A DNA stretch of 33,144 bases, from contig MFUQ01000003.1 in NCBI GenBank assembly GCA_001785725.1, forward strand, positions 1-33,144, given 5' to 3'. Below, piece by piece: positions 1 through 7,934 of the stretch. A program made the position numbers and the translations under genes. How positions within the stretch are numbered: position 1 is the first letter of the stretch; each line of letters starts with the position of its first letter. Origin of the DNA: Candidatus Nomurabacteria bacterium RIFCSPLOWO2_01_FULL_36_10b. GTDB taxonomy: Bacteria; Patescibacteriota; Minisyncoccia; Phycocordibacterales; UBA1006. Below the pieces are notes generated by a model, which was given only the letters and a program-made list of their open reading frames with translations, did not search any database and had not been told where the DNA came from.

Positions 1-176
1 TTCCCGCCAAACCTGTCAAATTCTTTCAACGTAAAAATACATAGAAAAAATAGAATAACTGAAAAAATAATCACTTCAGCATCTTTTGCGACAAGTCCGT
101 CAAAAACAGATGCAATAATTCTGGACTGAATTACAGAAAGAACGGTTACAAACACAACTACAATCAAAAAGTACAA
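1..176 (-). CDS. Possible 5' end of a membrane-protein gene running off the window (partial, start unresolved)
   Basis: The minus-strand frame is open from 212 down to base 1 with no stop. The translation ..YTLYFLIVVVFVTVLSVIQSRIIASVFDGLVAKDAEVIIFSVILFFLCIFTLKEFDRFGG looks like transmembrane helices, loosely like the N-terminus of an ABC-exporter permease. There is no ATG, only TTG candidates at 176 and 167. It is not in the supplied ORF track. Confidence 0.2.
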   Translation of the reverse strand, partial: MYFLIVVVFVTVLSVIQSRIIASVFDGLVAKDAEVIIFSVILFFLCIFTLKEFDRFGG

Positions 177-238
177 AGTGTATTTTTTAGATTTAATTAG
201 AAAACTAGATTTTTATTTTTAATTTATTGTAAATAAAT

Positions 239-1315
239 TTAATTTCTTGTTGAAGTTTCAAAATTAAATAATTCTTGAATAATACCATTTCTATCACTTC
301 TTACTGAGGTTGGGGCTTCTTCTATTACTTTTACTCTCTCTGGTGCTGGTACTGTTGTACTAGATGTAACATTGCTAATTGCTGGAAGTTCTGGTTCTGT
401 TCTTATTGAACAGTGATTTGTACATGCTTCTTTTGCATATTGATTCCACAATTCAACAGATTTACAGGAAGTTCTTTCTCCTAATGTAATTTCAAAACCA
501 TCGTAACATTGAGCATATACATTTCTATACATACCATTACCACATTCATTATTAACCTTAAATGTGTTTACTCCACATTTTGCGTTTGGTGAAGTAGTAA
601 CTGTTGGCACTTTATATGGTTTTAGGGAACTAGGCACTGTTGTTGATGATACATCTGATGTTATAACTGTAGGAAGAGGAGCAGAAAAATCTTTTCCATA
701 AGATGGGACAGTTGTTTCATTAACATTATTTCTGCTTTCTAATTCTCTAATTTTTGCTTCAAGTTCAGCGATTCTATTCAAAAGGGCTTGGATTTTTGCG
801 TCTGTGATATCTTTAACTTCAACTTGCTTTTCAATAGCTTTTCCTATAGCTTCTTTTGCGGTAACATTTTGGACTTTCTCCATAACATCCGTTAACACAG
901 TAGCTCTTGTAGTAACCGTAGCCGATACGCCACTTAAGGCCTCTTCTTGTTTCTTCTCATCTCGTATTTTAGAAATTGAATCTGTTGCTTTGTTGATATT
1001 TTTATCAGATTCTTGGAAAAGAGTTGTCGCTATTTCAGTATTACCTTCACTAATTTGCTCTTTAGCTAGTTCAAAGTTTCTACTTGAAAAATCTTGAAGA
1101 ATTTCTGCTTTCTTTTCTTTATCAAAAGTGAATATAAGCTTAACTTTTTCAAAGAATTTAACTGGCTCTACTTTAGCTTCATAAGAATAAGATACAGCTT
1201 CTTCTGTATTAGCTTGTAGTGGCTCAACTGTAGTTACTTGAGCATTTACCACATTTACCCCTAAAAATATAGCGAATATTGATAATATGACCAAACCAAA
1301 TGTTATTTTTTTCAT
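239..1315 (-). CDS. Secreted or membrane-anchored coiled-coil protein (DUF5667-like N-terminal half) with a C-terminal 6-Cys module
   Basis: ORF 239..1339. The likely start is the ATG at 1315, giving MKKITFGLVILSIFAIFLGVNVVNA-Q, a typical signal peptide or anchor. It has K/E-rich helical segments and a heptad-like stretch, KIQALLNRIAELEAKIRELESRN. S/T/P/V-rich linkers flank KCGVNTFKVNNECGNGMYRNVYAQCYDGFEITLGERTSCKSVELWNQYAKEACTNHC. Confidence 0.6.
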   Translation of the reverse strand: MKKITFGLVILSIFAIFLGVNVVNAQVTTVEPLQANTEEAVSYSYEAKVEPVKFFEKVKLIFTFDKEKKAEILQDFSSRNFELAKEQISEGNTEIATTLFQESDKNINKATDSISKIRDEKKQEEALSGVSATVTTRATVLTDVMEKVQNVTAKEAIGKAIEKQVEVKDITDAKIQALLNRIAELEAKIRELESRNNVNETTVPSYGKDFSAPLPTVITSDVSSTTVPSSLKPYKVPTVTTSPNAKCGVNTFKVNNECGNGMYRNVYAQCYDGFEITLGERTSCKSVELWNQYAKEACTNHCSIRTEPELPAISNVTSSTTVPAPERVKVIEEAPTSVRSDRNGIIQELFNFETSTRN

Positions 1316-1373
1316 ATATTTATATATTAACATAATCAATAATTTTTGACAAGTTCTCTAGAATTTATCTTTT

Positions 1374-1389
1374 CCGCCCTAACTGGCGG
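1374..1389. repeat. Short GC-rich hairpin between tgt and the downstream secreted-protein gene
   Basis: CCGCC-ctaact-GGCGG, a 5-bp stem (plus a G-U). No U-run follows on either strand, so it is not a canonical intrinsic terminator. Confidence 0.3.
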
Positions 1390-1410
1390 GATGTTAGTAG
1401 AAAATAAATA

Positions 1411-2643
1411 CTAACTATAATAATCTTTCAAAAAATTTTCTTTAAATAAATTAAAATTACCATCAATAATTGATTGCCTAATATCTTTCATTAATTGAAC
1501 AAGAAAAAATATATTATGTTGCGACACAATCATAGAAGCAAGCATTTCGTGCGAATGATAAAGGTGAGAAATATAAGCACGAGTATATTGCATTGAAACT
1601 GGCGATGAAGTTGTTATATCAAGTTTAGACATATCGCTTCTATATTTAGAGTTTCTTAAGTTCACTATTCCATTTTTTGTATACATGTGGCCATGACGAG
1701 CAAGACGTGTTGGAATTACGCAATCAAATGTGTCACATCCCGCTTCAACGGCAAGAAAAATATCAATAGGTTCACCAATTCCAAGAAGATGCCGTGGTTT
1801 CTCTTCTGGCAGTTCTTCATTTACCCATCGTACAGCAGTGCCAATATCATCTTTCGTAAATGACCCGCCAATACCAAAACCATCAAAATCCATAGCACCA
1901 AGTGTACGTGCTGATTCGCGACGCAAGTCCTCATATTGGCCACCCTGCACAACACCAAAGATGGCCTGATAGAAACGTGTGTCATCAGGTGGCACATTAG
2001 ATTTTAAACGTTTATGTTCACGTAATGATTGCTCTGCCCAACGATGAGTGCGCGCAAGAGCTTCTTCTTGATAATCACGAGGGACTTGCGGAGATGTACA
2101 TTCATCAAATGCAAAAATAATATCAGCCCCAAGATTCCATTGAATTTGCATTGATTTTTCTGGAGTAAAACGATGTTCGGAACCATCAATGTGAGATTTG
2201 AATGTTACTCCTTCTTCATCAATAGCGCAGAGTTTTTCTGTCCCCTCCTGCCCACGCTTAGCGTGGGCATCCTCCCCAGAATTTGGGAGGATTAGAGAAG
2301 AAGCCATAATTTTACTTACCTTCTTGCCATAAGCCTCTCCTAAAGAAAAAACTTGAAATCCGCCCGAATCAGTGAAAATTGGGCCAGACCAATTCATAAA
2401 AGAATGAAGACCACCTGCACGAGAAACAATATCATCACCCGGTTGTAAATATAAATGATATGTATTTGCTAATACAGCTTGCGCTCCTGTCGCGAGTATC
2501 ATATCTGACGTCATTGCTTTTACTGTTGCTTTCGTGCCAACAACAATAAGGGCGGGGGTTTCTATATCACCATGTTGTGTATGAATAACGCCAGCACGAG
2601 CGTTGCTACCCTTCATTTTTTGTTGGATGTTAAATGAAAACAT
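1411..2643 (-). CDS. tgt: tRNA-guanine transglycosylase (queuine tRNA-ribosyltransferase family), divergent
   Basis: The 410-aa ORF carries the family motifs VGTKATVKA, LANTYHLYLQPG, TDSGGFQVFSL, FAFDECT, FGVVQGG, LLGIGEP, FDCVIPTR and TRAYISHL...QHNI. It has a 34-aa net insertion after FSLG. The Zn-site cysteines are absent (see findings). Confidence 0.9.
   Translation of the reverse strand: MFSFNIQQKMKGSNARAGVIHTQHGDIETPALIVVGTKATVKAMTSDMILATGAQAVLANTYHLYLQPGDDIVSRAGGLHSFMNWSGPIFTDSGGFQVFSLGEAYGKKVSKIMASSLILPNSGEDAHAKRGQEGTEKLCAIDEEGVTFKSHIDGSEHRFTPEKSMQIQWNLGADIIFAFDECTSPQVPRDYQEEALARTHRWAEQSLREHKRLKSNVPPDDTRFYQAIFGVVQGGQYEDLRRESARTLGAMDFDGFGIGGSFTKDDIGTAVRWVNEELPEEKPRHLLGIGEPIDIFLAVEAGCDTFDCVIPTRLARHGHMYTKNGIVNLRNSKYRSDMSKLDITTSSPVSMQYTRAYISHLYHSHEMLASMIVSQHNIFFLVQLMKDIRQSIIDGNFNLFKENFLKDYYS
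2241..2292. repeat. GC-rich compound-hairpin repeat (family 1, copy C) embedded in frame in tgt
   Basis: tCCCCTCc-TGCCCACGC-tta-GCGTGGGCA-t-CCTCCC-cagaattt-GGGAGG-at. The 9-bp and 6-bp stems are read directly. The core CCACGCTTAGCGTGG differs at one base from 30452-30466. Confidence 0.6.
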
Positions 2644-2673
2644 TTTAATAGGGGGAGAAGAAGAGATAACAAT

Positions 2674-3468
2674 CTACTTACTTATCTGCACATATCTCAA
2701 TGATGATAACGAAACTGGAACACGCGCATATATTTTCTGCGATGGGTCACGCGGGTCAGATACAATTGAAACAACAACAGCTATAATATTTCTAGAACTT
2801 GATTGGTCTGTAATTATATCACCAACACTTATTTCCATTTGTTGTGAAACTTCTGTTTTAAAACTACCACCACCGCGACCATACAAAGTAATAACTGATT
2901 GTGATGGACTATGATATCCTACAATTTCATTACTTGGTGCAGAATATAATACTACATGCGATGTTGTTGCCATACTTTTTGTAACAACACCTAAAATAAT
3001 TTTATTTGAAGCAAACACGCGATCTCCAACAATTACACCATCATATGAACCACGATCAAGAATAAGACTATCATATGGTATTTGTGGCGGTCGTGATGTA
3101 ACAAGAGCTATTGATTTAGGCATAATTTCATATCCTGTAGGAGTTGAATCACTTAACCCAAATAATGCTCCACTACGTGCGATATCAGTTGCTATTTGAA
3201 TATGAGATGACTGTTCAGCTTCTAAAACTTTGATACGTTCATTAATTTCATTTAGAGAACGTTGCATTTCTTTTTTTGATTTAAAAATAGTATTCGCAGT
3301 ATCAATAATTTTATATCGTGTTTGCCAAACTGTTTCATCAATACGAGAAACAGGACCAGTAAGAAGTGGCGCTAAAAGAAGCACTGCAATAATTAATACG
3401 CCTATAATAAGAATCGTTGACGTATATGATGAGGATTGTTTAGCGTGGTGGAAGTTCGTCATATTCAT
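2674..3468 (-). CDS. mreC: Rod shape-determining protein MreC
   Basis: It lies directly downstream of mreB. It has an N-terminal TM segment (ILIIGVLIIAVLLLAPLL), a coiled-coil stretch (KKEMQRSLNEINERIKVLEAEQ) and a C-terminal beta-rich domain with GDRVFAS...GVV and GDIITD-type motifs. The start is taken as the ATG at 3468; the track start at 3495 is a TTG. It overlaps the mreB 3' end by 29 nt. Confidence 0.8.
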   Translation of the reverse strand: MNMTNFHHAKQSSSYTSTILIIGVLIIAVLLLAPLLTGPVSRIDETVWQTRYKIIDTANTIFKSKKEMQRSLNEINERIKVLEAEQSSHIQIATDIARSGALFGLSDSTPTGYEIMPKSIALVTSRPPQIPYDSLILDRGSYDGVIVGDRVFASNKIILGVVTKSMATTSHVVLYSAPSNEIVGYHSPSQSVITLYGRGGGSFKTEVSQQMEISVGDIITDQSSSRNIIAVVVSIVSDPRDPSQKIYARVPVSLSSLRYVQISK

Positions 3469-4501
3469 GTAGGAGAACGCCTCTATATAATTCAAGGTCC
3501 TCCAATATCATTCCTGCCCCACGCGCAACCGCTGATAATGCATCTGGAGCTACGTGAACCGGTATATTTAATTCCCTGTTTATTAATACATCAAGATTAT
3601 GGATAAGTCCTCCTCCTCCAGATAAAAATATGCCACGTCGCATTACATCGGCTACAATTTCTGGCGGAGTCCTTTCCAGAACTTCTTTTATACTATCAAT
3701 CAATATACGTATTGATGAATTCAATGCCTCACGCACATCAGTATCAGTAACAATTATTTCTCGTGGAAGACCAGTGATAAGGTCTCTCCCACGTATATTC
3801 ATCTCAAGCGGTTCACGTGGGACAATAGAGCTCACTTTTATTTTTATATCTTCGGCGGTTTTTTCGCCTATGAGAATTTTAAATTCATTGCGAATATGAT
3901 TAATAATATCACGATTAAGATGATCGCCGGCAATTTTTAGATTTTTTGATTGCACAATTCCACCCAACGAAATAACCGCAATATCGCTTGTCCCTCCTCC
4001 AATATCAACAACCATAGAGCCAACCGGGTCATTTACTGGTAAACCAATACCAATTGCGGCTGCCATTGGTTCTTCCACAATATAAACCTCTCTTACGCCT
4101 GCTGATTTTGCGGCATCAATGACAGCTCGTGTTTCAACATTAGTTATTCCAGAAGGAACACCCACAACAACACGCGGTCGTATAAATTTACTCTGACGCT
4201 TACTTAATCTCTCTGCTTTATTAATTAAATAATGAAGCATCTCTTCAGTAACTTCAAAATCAGAGATTACACCATCAACAAGCGGACGTATAACATCAAT
4301 GTGACCCGGTGTGCGTCCTAACATTTTTTTCGCCTCGCTACCAACAGCGACGACACGACCAGTTTTTTTATTTATCGCAACAATAGATGGTTCATCAATG
4401 ATGATTCCGTGCCCTCTTACCCACACAAGAGTATTAGCGGTACCTAGATCAATACCAATATCATTAGAGAATTTTTTGTATATGTCATCCAGAAATTTCA
4501 T
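3440..4501 (-). CDS. mreB: Rod shape-determining actin homologue MreB
   Basis: DIGIDLGTANTLV, EPSIVA, GRTPG, PLVDGVISDF, VVVGVPSGITNVETRA, YIVEEPMAAAIG, VDIGGGTSDIAVISLGG and GIFLSGGGGL are all canonical MreB/actin-fold motifs. Confidence 0.95.
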   Translation of the reverse strand: MKFLDDIYKKFSNDIGIDLGTANTLVWVRGHGIIIDEPSIVAINKKTGRVVAVGSEAKKMLGRTPGHIDVIRPLVDGVISDFEVTEEMLHYLINKAERLSKRQSKFIRPRVVVGVPSGITNVETRAVIDAAKSAGVREVYIVEEPMAAAIGIGLPVNDPVGSMVVDIGGGTSDIAVISLGGIVQSKNLKIAGDHLNRDIINHIRNEFKILIGEKTAEDIKIKVSSIVPREPLEMNIRGRDLITGLPREIIVTDTDVREALNSSIRILIDSIKEVLERTPPEIVADVMRRGIFLSGGGGLIHNLDVLINRELNIPVHVAPDALSAVARGAGMILEDLELYRGVLLHEYDELPPR

Positions 4502-5757
4502 TATGAATTAAATTTATTAAGTACTTCTTCAATACTCATAACAGTGCTCTCCGCGCCATTCCGCGCCTTAACTTCAACGCCCCCCGCTTCTCGTGAACGC
4601 TTACTCATTACAACGCGCCACGGAATGCCAATGAGATCAGCGTCACTAAATTTTTCACCAGCGCTTATATCACGCCTATCATCAAAAAGCACCTCAACGC
4701 CTCGCTTACATAAACTAATGTAAAACTCTTCTGCTTCTTTCTGCAATTCATCGTCTCCACCATCAAGTGATAGCAAATGTACTTTAAATGGCGCTACACT
4801 TTCAGGCCATACAATACCACCATCATCAGCAAATAATTCTACAATAACGCCCATAATACGTGATAACCCAATACCATATGAACCCATAAAAATAGGATGA
4901 GTAGCACCTTTTTCATCAGTATACACAAGATCAAGTGGCTTGGAGAACTTTGTGCCAAGCGTAAAGATGTTGCCGACTTCTGCGGCATTTACTTTCTGCA
5001 TTTTATTTTTATCTAATCCAATGTTAGACAAAACTTCATCCGTATACACTTCCTCATTCACAGCTAATTTTTTATCATAATCAACGTATATAGAATCTTC
5101 TCCTGATGGCATTATTGTTTGAAATTCGTGTGAGAACTTAGCGAATGACCCACCTGAAGAAAAAGTTATAAACGTTTTCTCGCCAATTCCTAAACGTTCA
5201 TAAACACGATTATATACTTCTTTCATTTTGTCATAAAAAATTTGATGCTCCGCTTCGCCACGAGAAAAAGAATATAAATCTTTCATCAGAAATTCTCGTC
5301 CACGCAAAAGACCTGATTTAGCGCGCATTTCGTTACGAAACTTTGTTTGTATTTGATATATGAAAACTGGAAGGTCACGATATGATGAAATGTGATGTTT
5401 AACTAAAGCAGTCAATGGTTCCTCATGAGTAAAACCAAAACCAACTTGCCCTCCAGCTTTAAGTTCACTCTTAAACCAATTATCAACAACTTTATCATCC
5501 CAACGTCCAGTTGCTTGCCATGTTTCTGGGTTTTGTAATGCAGTCATATAAATCTCTTGCCCGCCAGCACTATTCATTTCCTCGCGAATAATATTATTAA
5601 TTTTTGAGAGTACTCTTAATCCAAGCGGTAAAAAAGAATATGCTCCGGCTACTTCCTTATGTATATATCCAGCTCGAACCAATAATTGCGCGTTTTTGGC
5701 AACTTCGTCCGTTGGTATCTCATGACGTGTTTTAGTAAAAAGTTGTGATTGTTTCAT
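4501..5757 (-). CDS. proS: Proline--tRNA ligase, bacterial-like but lacking the INS editing domain
   Basis: Start taken at the ATG at 5757 (MKQSQLFTKTRHEIPTDEVAKNAQLLVRAGYI...). Class II motifs are present: FRNEMRAKSGLLRGREFLMKDLYSF and GSYGIGLSRIMG. The C-terminal anticodon-binding domain is present. At 418 aa there are only ~45 residues where the ~180-aa INS domain sits in E. coli ProRS. The stop overlaps the mreB ATG (TAATG). Confidence 0.9.
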   Translation of the reverse strand: MKQSQLFTKTRHEIPTDEVAKNAQLLVRAGYIHKEVAGAYSFLPLGLRVLSKINNIIREEMNSAGGQEIYMTALQNPETWQATGRWDDKVVDNWFKSELKAGGQVGFGFTHEEPLTALVKHHISSYRDLPVFIYQIQTKFRNEMRAKSGLLRGREFLMKDLYSFSRGEAEHQIFYDKMKEVYNRVYERLGIGEKTFITFSSGGSFAKFSHEFQTIMPSGEDSIYVDYDKKLAVNEEVYTDEVLSNIGLDKNKMQKVNAAEVGNIFTLGTKFSKPLDLVYTDEKGATHPIFMGSYGIGLSRIMGVIVELFADDGGIVWPESVAPFKVHLLSLDGGDDELQKEAEEFYISLCKRGVEVLFDDRRDISAGEKFSDADLIGIPWRVVMSKRSREAGGVEVKARNGAESTVMSIEEVLNKFNS

Positions 5758-5928
5758 ATTCTCTATAGTACTCAAAATAATGAAAAAAGCAAAAAAAATG
5801 GGGTCTTGCCTTCTATAGAACACTCAACAATGTTGTTCACTATTTTAGTACTATTGTCTTTACACAAATATTTTGGGGTTTGCTATTTTACACAAACTTG
5901 TTTGTAATAATCTAGATATATGATATAC

Positions 5929-6417
5929 TTATATTACTTTTGGGGTATTCCCATCGATCTCAGCATTTGCTGAGTGATGATTTTCTAAGAAAAGCTCGAG
6001 TAATTTCTCGAGTTTTTCTTTTACTCTAAACATGCCCTTCTCATCAAGTTGCCCTAACTTACGTTGGAAACGTTTCGTATGTAACATACGTATCTGATAT
6101 AACAGAACATATCTTTTGTGCTCTTGAAATGTGACGTCAATAAACCATGTACCTATTTTCTCTTTTGAAGATAGTGGTAATATAATGCAGATATCACTTG
6201 ATAATTTTTTAAAAACAAGAATAGGACGTCTAAATTCTTTCCCTTTCCCATACGATTCTCTACCAACATTCAAACCCAATGAACACCACCAAATGTCACC
6301 CTCGCGAAAATATATATTTCTAAACGATGGAAAAGCGATATCTTTCTTACGCTCATTCCACTCATCATACAAAGAGATGAGAATATCATTCTTGTCTTCA
6401 GTAATTTCAGTCTTCAT
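5929..6417 (-). CDS. PemK/MazF-fold toxin-like protein, solitary
   Basis: The 162-aa ORF contains GDIWWCSLGLNVGRESYGKGKEFRRPILVFKKLS...CIILPLSSKEK...YVLLYQIRMLHTKRF. This matches the MazF/PemK core pattern: GD-hydrophobic, G-x-E, RP-hydrophobic-V/L, then a P-L/C-T/S-S strand. It has a 38-aa N-terminal extension and a helical C-terminal tail. Confidence 0.6.
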   Translation of the reverse strand: MKTEITEDKNDILISLYDEWNERKKDIAFPSFRNIYFREGDIWWCSLGLNVGRESYGKGKEFRRPILVFKKLSSDICIILPLSSKEKIGTWFIDVTFQEHKRYVLLYQIRMLHTKRFQRKLGQLDEKGMFRVKEKLEKLLELFLENHHSANAEIDGNTPKVI

Positions 6418-6672
6418 AACAGAAAATCACTACAAATATAATATACTATTTTCTAATCACAAACAATACTAATATGTAATAAATACCACTTGTCTTCACA
6501 CAAATATATGCTAGTATAACCCAGTCACCCTGTTTAAGCTTATTATCCAATATTATTAAATAAGATAAGCTCATTTCTCTTCTTTTAAGGGACATGCAAA
6601 CGATTCTTTTTTCCCTTTTTCGCATACAGCGAAAAGAGACAAGAAATAGAATTGTGCAGGAACACCAATTAT

Positions 6673-7353
6673 ATGTCAGATATAAATAATTTAATTGAGC
6701 AGATGTATACTGCAGGTCTTCAGACAGGATATACTCGTAGTCGTAGACATCCAAGCACACAAGACGCAATCTATGCTATTAAAAATCGCATAGATATTAT
6801 TGACCTTACACAAACCGCAAAAGTCCTTGTTGAGGCACAAGAATTTCTCGCTGGTATAAAACGAGCAGGTAAGAAAATTCTATTCGTTGGTACAAAACCA
6901 GAAATCAAGCGCCTGATTACAGAAGCGGCGGAGCATGCTGATATGCCATATATTACAAAACGTTGGGTCGGTGGCATTCTTACAAATTTCAAAGAAATTC
7001 GCGGACGAATTAACATATTAGATGACCTTGAAGACCGCAAAGCAACAAATCGTCTTATTTATCGCACGAAGAAAGAGCGTCTGCTTCTTGAAAGAACAAT
7101 TGATAAACTCAATGCGAACTTTGGCGGTATAAAAGATATGAAAGATTTACCTGGAGCTCTAGTTATTATTGACCCTCTTAAAGAAAATAATGCAGTGAAA
7201 GAAACGCGAATAAAAAATATACCGATTGTAGCGCTTGGTAATACTGATTGTGATATGAGTGTTATTGAATATCCAATTATTGGTAATGATGCTACGCAAG
7301 CAAGTGTTTCATTGATATTAAATGCTTTAGTAGAAGCAATGAAGACCATCTGA
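6673..7353 (+). CDS. rpsB: 30S ribosomal protein S2
   Basis: Start at the ATG at 6673; the track start at 6652 is a TTG. Motifs: LIEQMYTAGLQTGYTRSRRHPS, IIDLTQT, ILFVGTKPE, RWVGGILTNF, PGALVIIDP and IPIVALGNTDCD, a typical S2. It sits directly upstream of tsf, the conserved rpsB-tsf pair. Confidence 0.93.
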   Translation: MSDINNLIEQMYTAGLQTGYTRSRRHPSTQDAIYAIKNRIDIIDLTQTAKVLVEAQEFLAGIKRAGKKILFVGTKPEIKRLITEAAEHADMPYITKRWVGGILTNFKEIRGRINILDDLEDRKATNRLIYRTKKERLLLERTIDKLNANFGGIKDMKDLPGALVIIDPLKENNAVKETRIKNIPIVALGNTDCDMSVIEYPIIGNDATQASVSLILNALVEAMKTI

Positions 7354-7362
7354 TCAAATTCT

Positions 7363-7381
7363 TCTTCGCCGGAGGCGAAGA
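7363..7381 (+). terminator. GC-rich triloop hairpin 10 nt after the rpsB stop (attenuator/terminator-like)
   Basis: t-CTTCGCC-gga-GGCGAAG-a, a 7-8 bp stem followed by an AU-rich tract (tataaattattt) without a clean U-run. Confidence 0.4.
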
Positions 7382-7442
7382 TATAAATTATTTAAATATT
7401 ATATTTCTGCCATTGGCAAAACATAATATAATTACAACTCTT

Positions 7443-7898
7443 ATGATTACAACAGAACAAATAAAACAACTCCGCGACGAAACAAGTATTTCTATTAGCA
7501 AGTGTCGTGAAGCACTTGAACAATCTGAAGGGGATATGGATAAAGCTCGCGCAATTCTTCGCGAACAAGGCGCATCATCAGCCGAAAAAAAAGCAGGCCG
7601 TGAACTAAAAGCAGGACTTATTGTGTCATATATTCATAGTAACCAACAAATGGGGGCGATCCTTGAGATGAACTGCGAAAGTGATTTTGTCGCAAAGACA
7701 GAGGATTTTATTACGCTCGCCAACAATATCGCGCTTCACATTACAGCAATGAGTTCTCCTGACAAAGAATCGCTCTTGGCGGAATCATTTGTAAAAAATC
7801 CTGAAATGACAGTATTGCAAATGATAGAAGCAGTAACACAAAAAACTGGCGAACGTATTGATGTCGGGACTTTCAGCCGCATTGCAGTTTTAGGATAA
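7443..7898 (+). CDS. tsf: Elongation factor Ts, short form (151 aa)
   Basis: ATG at 7443: MITTEQIKQLRDETSISISKCREALEQSEGDMDKARAILREQG is the EF-Ts N-terminal UBA-like domain. It is followed by GLIVSYIHSNQQMGAILEMNCESDFVAKTEDF, the core motif. It lies downstream of rpsB. Confidence 0.85.
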   Translation: MITTEQIKQLRDETSISISKCREALEQSEGDMDKARAILREQGASSAEKKAGRELKAGLIVSYIHSNQQMGAILEMNCESDFVAKTEDFITLANNIALHITAMSSPDKESLLAESFVKNPEMTVLQMIEAVTQKTGERIDVGTFSRIAVLG

Positions 7899-7934
7899 GC
7901 GATATACACTATTTTATATGAGATGTTTTTATTC

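Noticed and set aside
6446-6769. 107-aa minus-strand ORF upstream of the MazF-like gene, considered as a possible antitoxin
   Set aside because: Its 5' half is antisense to the rpsB start region. Its composition (Y/I/L/C-rich, no charged helical or DNA-binding pattern) looks like a chance ORF in AT-rich DNA. I kept only a low-probability mention of the 3' 49-59 codons in the toxin finding.
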